The notes beneath the pieces were generated by a model. The model did not search any database and was not told the DNA's origin. It was given only the letters and a program-made list of their open reading frames with translations. From the NCBI RefSeq assembly GCF_004010195.1, contig NC_057720.1, positions 871,504 to 908,313 on the forward strand: DNA of 36,810 nucleotides, written 5' to 3'. The stretch is from Chiloscyllium plagiosum (lineage: Eukaryota). Position numbers and translations under genes: made by a program. Below are positions 35,594-36,810 of this stretch, piece after piece (within the stretch, counting starts at the first letter, position 1; every line of letters starts with the position of its first letter).

Positions 35594-36032
35594 CAGTGCG
35601 GCACTCCCTCAGCACTGACCCTCCGAGAGTGCGGCACTCCCTCAGCACTGACCCGCCGACAGCGCGGCACTCCCTCAGCACTGACCCGCCGACAGTGCGG
35701 GACTCCCTCAGCACTGACCCGCCGACAGCGCGGCACTCCCTCAGCACTGACCCGCCGACAGCGCGGCACTCCCTCAGCACTGACCCGCCGACTGCGCGGC
35801 ACTCCCTCAGCACTGACCCTCCGACAGTGCGGCACTCCCTCAGCACTGACCCGCCGACAGGGCGGCACTCCCTCAGCACTGACCTGCTGACAGCGCGGCA
35901 CTCCCTCAGCACTGAACCGCCGACAGTGTGGCACTCCCTCAGCACTGACCCGCCGACTGTGCGGCACTCCCTCAGCACTGACCTGCCGACAGCGCGGCAC
36001 TCTCTCAGCACTGACCTGCCGACAGGGCGGCA
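35594..36032. repeat. 33-bp GC-rich minisatellite (cagtgcggcactccctcagcactgacccgccga), about 13 units
   Basis: Directly visible tandem units; explains the repetitive ORFs. Confidence 0.97.
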
Positions 36033-36034
36033 AT

Positions 36035-36354
36035 CACGGTGGCTCAGTGATTAGCACTGCAGCCTCACAGCACCAGGGACCCAGGTTCGATCCCAGCCTC
36101 AGGCGACTGTCTGTGTGGAGTTTGTACATTCTCGCCGTGTCTGTGTGGGTTTCCTCTGGGTGCTCCGGTTTCCTCCCACAGTCCAAAGATGTGCAGGTCA
36201 GGTGAATTGGCTATGCTAAATTGCCCATAGTGTTAGGTGTATTAGTCAGGGGTAAATATAGGGTCTGGATGGGTTATTCTTCAGAGGGTTGGTGTGGACT
36301 TGCTGGGCCGAATGGCCTGTTTCCATACTGTAGGGAATCTAATCTAACCCAATC
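36035..36354 (+). mobile_element. Near full-length HE1-type V-SINE
   Basis: Pol III A box TGGCTCAGTGA (36040-36050), B box GGTTCGATCCC (36084-36094), V-domain, CR1-like 3' end and aatct tail. Confidence 0.9.
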
Positions 36355-36389
36355 AGTTCAATCTTTGTTTTGCTTAATATATAACGTAC

Positions 36390-36437
36390 CTTCGCTGCTG
36401 CATGAGTTGATGAGAAAGTAGCAAAAGCTGTATGTTT
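36390..36437 (-). CDS. RNPC3: RNPC3 exon 2 (48 nt), KHTAFATFSSTHAAAK, RRM1 RNP1 region
   Basis: Acceptor ttttttgcag and donor gtacgt; the peptide matches the vertebrate RNPC3 motif KHTAFATF; phase 0-0. Confidence 0.93.
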
Positions 36438-36810
36438 CTGCAAAAAACAAAGTAAATATAGAGTCTGAGAATGACAAACAATAAGCATAAAATTCAATAA
36501 CTCACCCCCACAGTTTGCTTCAACATCCTACTGCACGTAGGAAGCATCACTCCTACAATCAGCACTGCTAGTACATCAGCTCATTCAGAGCCCTACACAA
36601 CACCTGTGACTGTGCGAAAGTAGATGCAGCCACATTCTCCGATCACTGCTTACAGAGGGGCTTGCTGACACAGTTACGGATCATTCTTATATGGACTGCA
36701 ACTCCACACAATAAAGAGACAAAATATAGAGTGATTGACAAGCTTCTCATTTGGCATAATGTAATAATGGAAATAACTTTAAAGGTTTGTGAAGGTTTGT
36801 AGCTCAGGTT

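Noticed and set aside
35556..36054. Repetitive ORFs (VLRECRAVGGS)n and a CRISPR-like look
   Set aside because: The 33-bp unit is a multiple of 3, which opens several frames. There are no unique spacers and the context is a eukaryotic intron.
36035..36100. tRNA gene
   Set aside because: The A and B boxes continue into a V-domain and LINE-like tail, so this is a SINE head.

Overview
Vertebrate genomic DNA, most likely from a cartilaginous fish (inferred from the HE1-type V-SINEs, DeuSINE-like elements and the CR1 families present). The whole window lies inside one minus-strand gene, RNPC3 (U11/U12-65K protein of the minor spliceosome). I reconstructed 12 internal coding exons (36437 down to 2218; 1281 nt, 427 codons) that splice in frame without stops. 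The first exon and the last coding exon (expected QFARS...) are not in the window. One intron has a GC donor and the last visible intron has a U12-type donor (GTATCCTTT). Introns are mostly transposon-derived: CR1 LINE fragments, SINEs, a Tigger-like MITE and many Penelope-like element (PLE) derivatives. Main points of interest: two families of PLE terminal repeats with minimal hammerhead ribozyme cores, often as inverted pairs with target-site duplications (TSDs); a retrozyme-like 197-nt tandem unit; three minisatellites grown from the same DeuSINE motif; and a possible cryptic U12 acceptor in frame with a CR1 fragment. There are three assembly gaps. Repeat family names come from recognition, not database searches. 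Exon numbers follow the human gene as I recall it.
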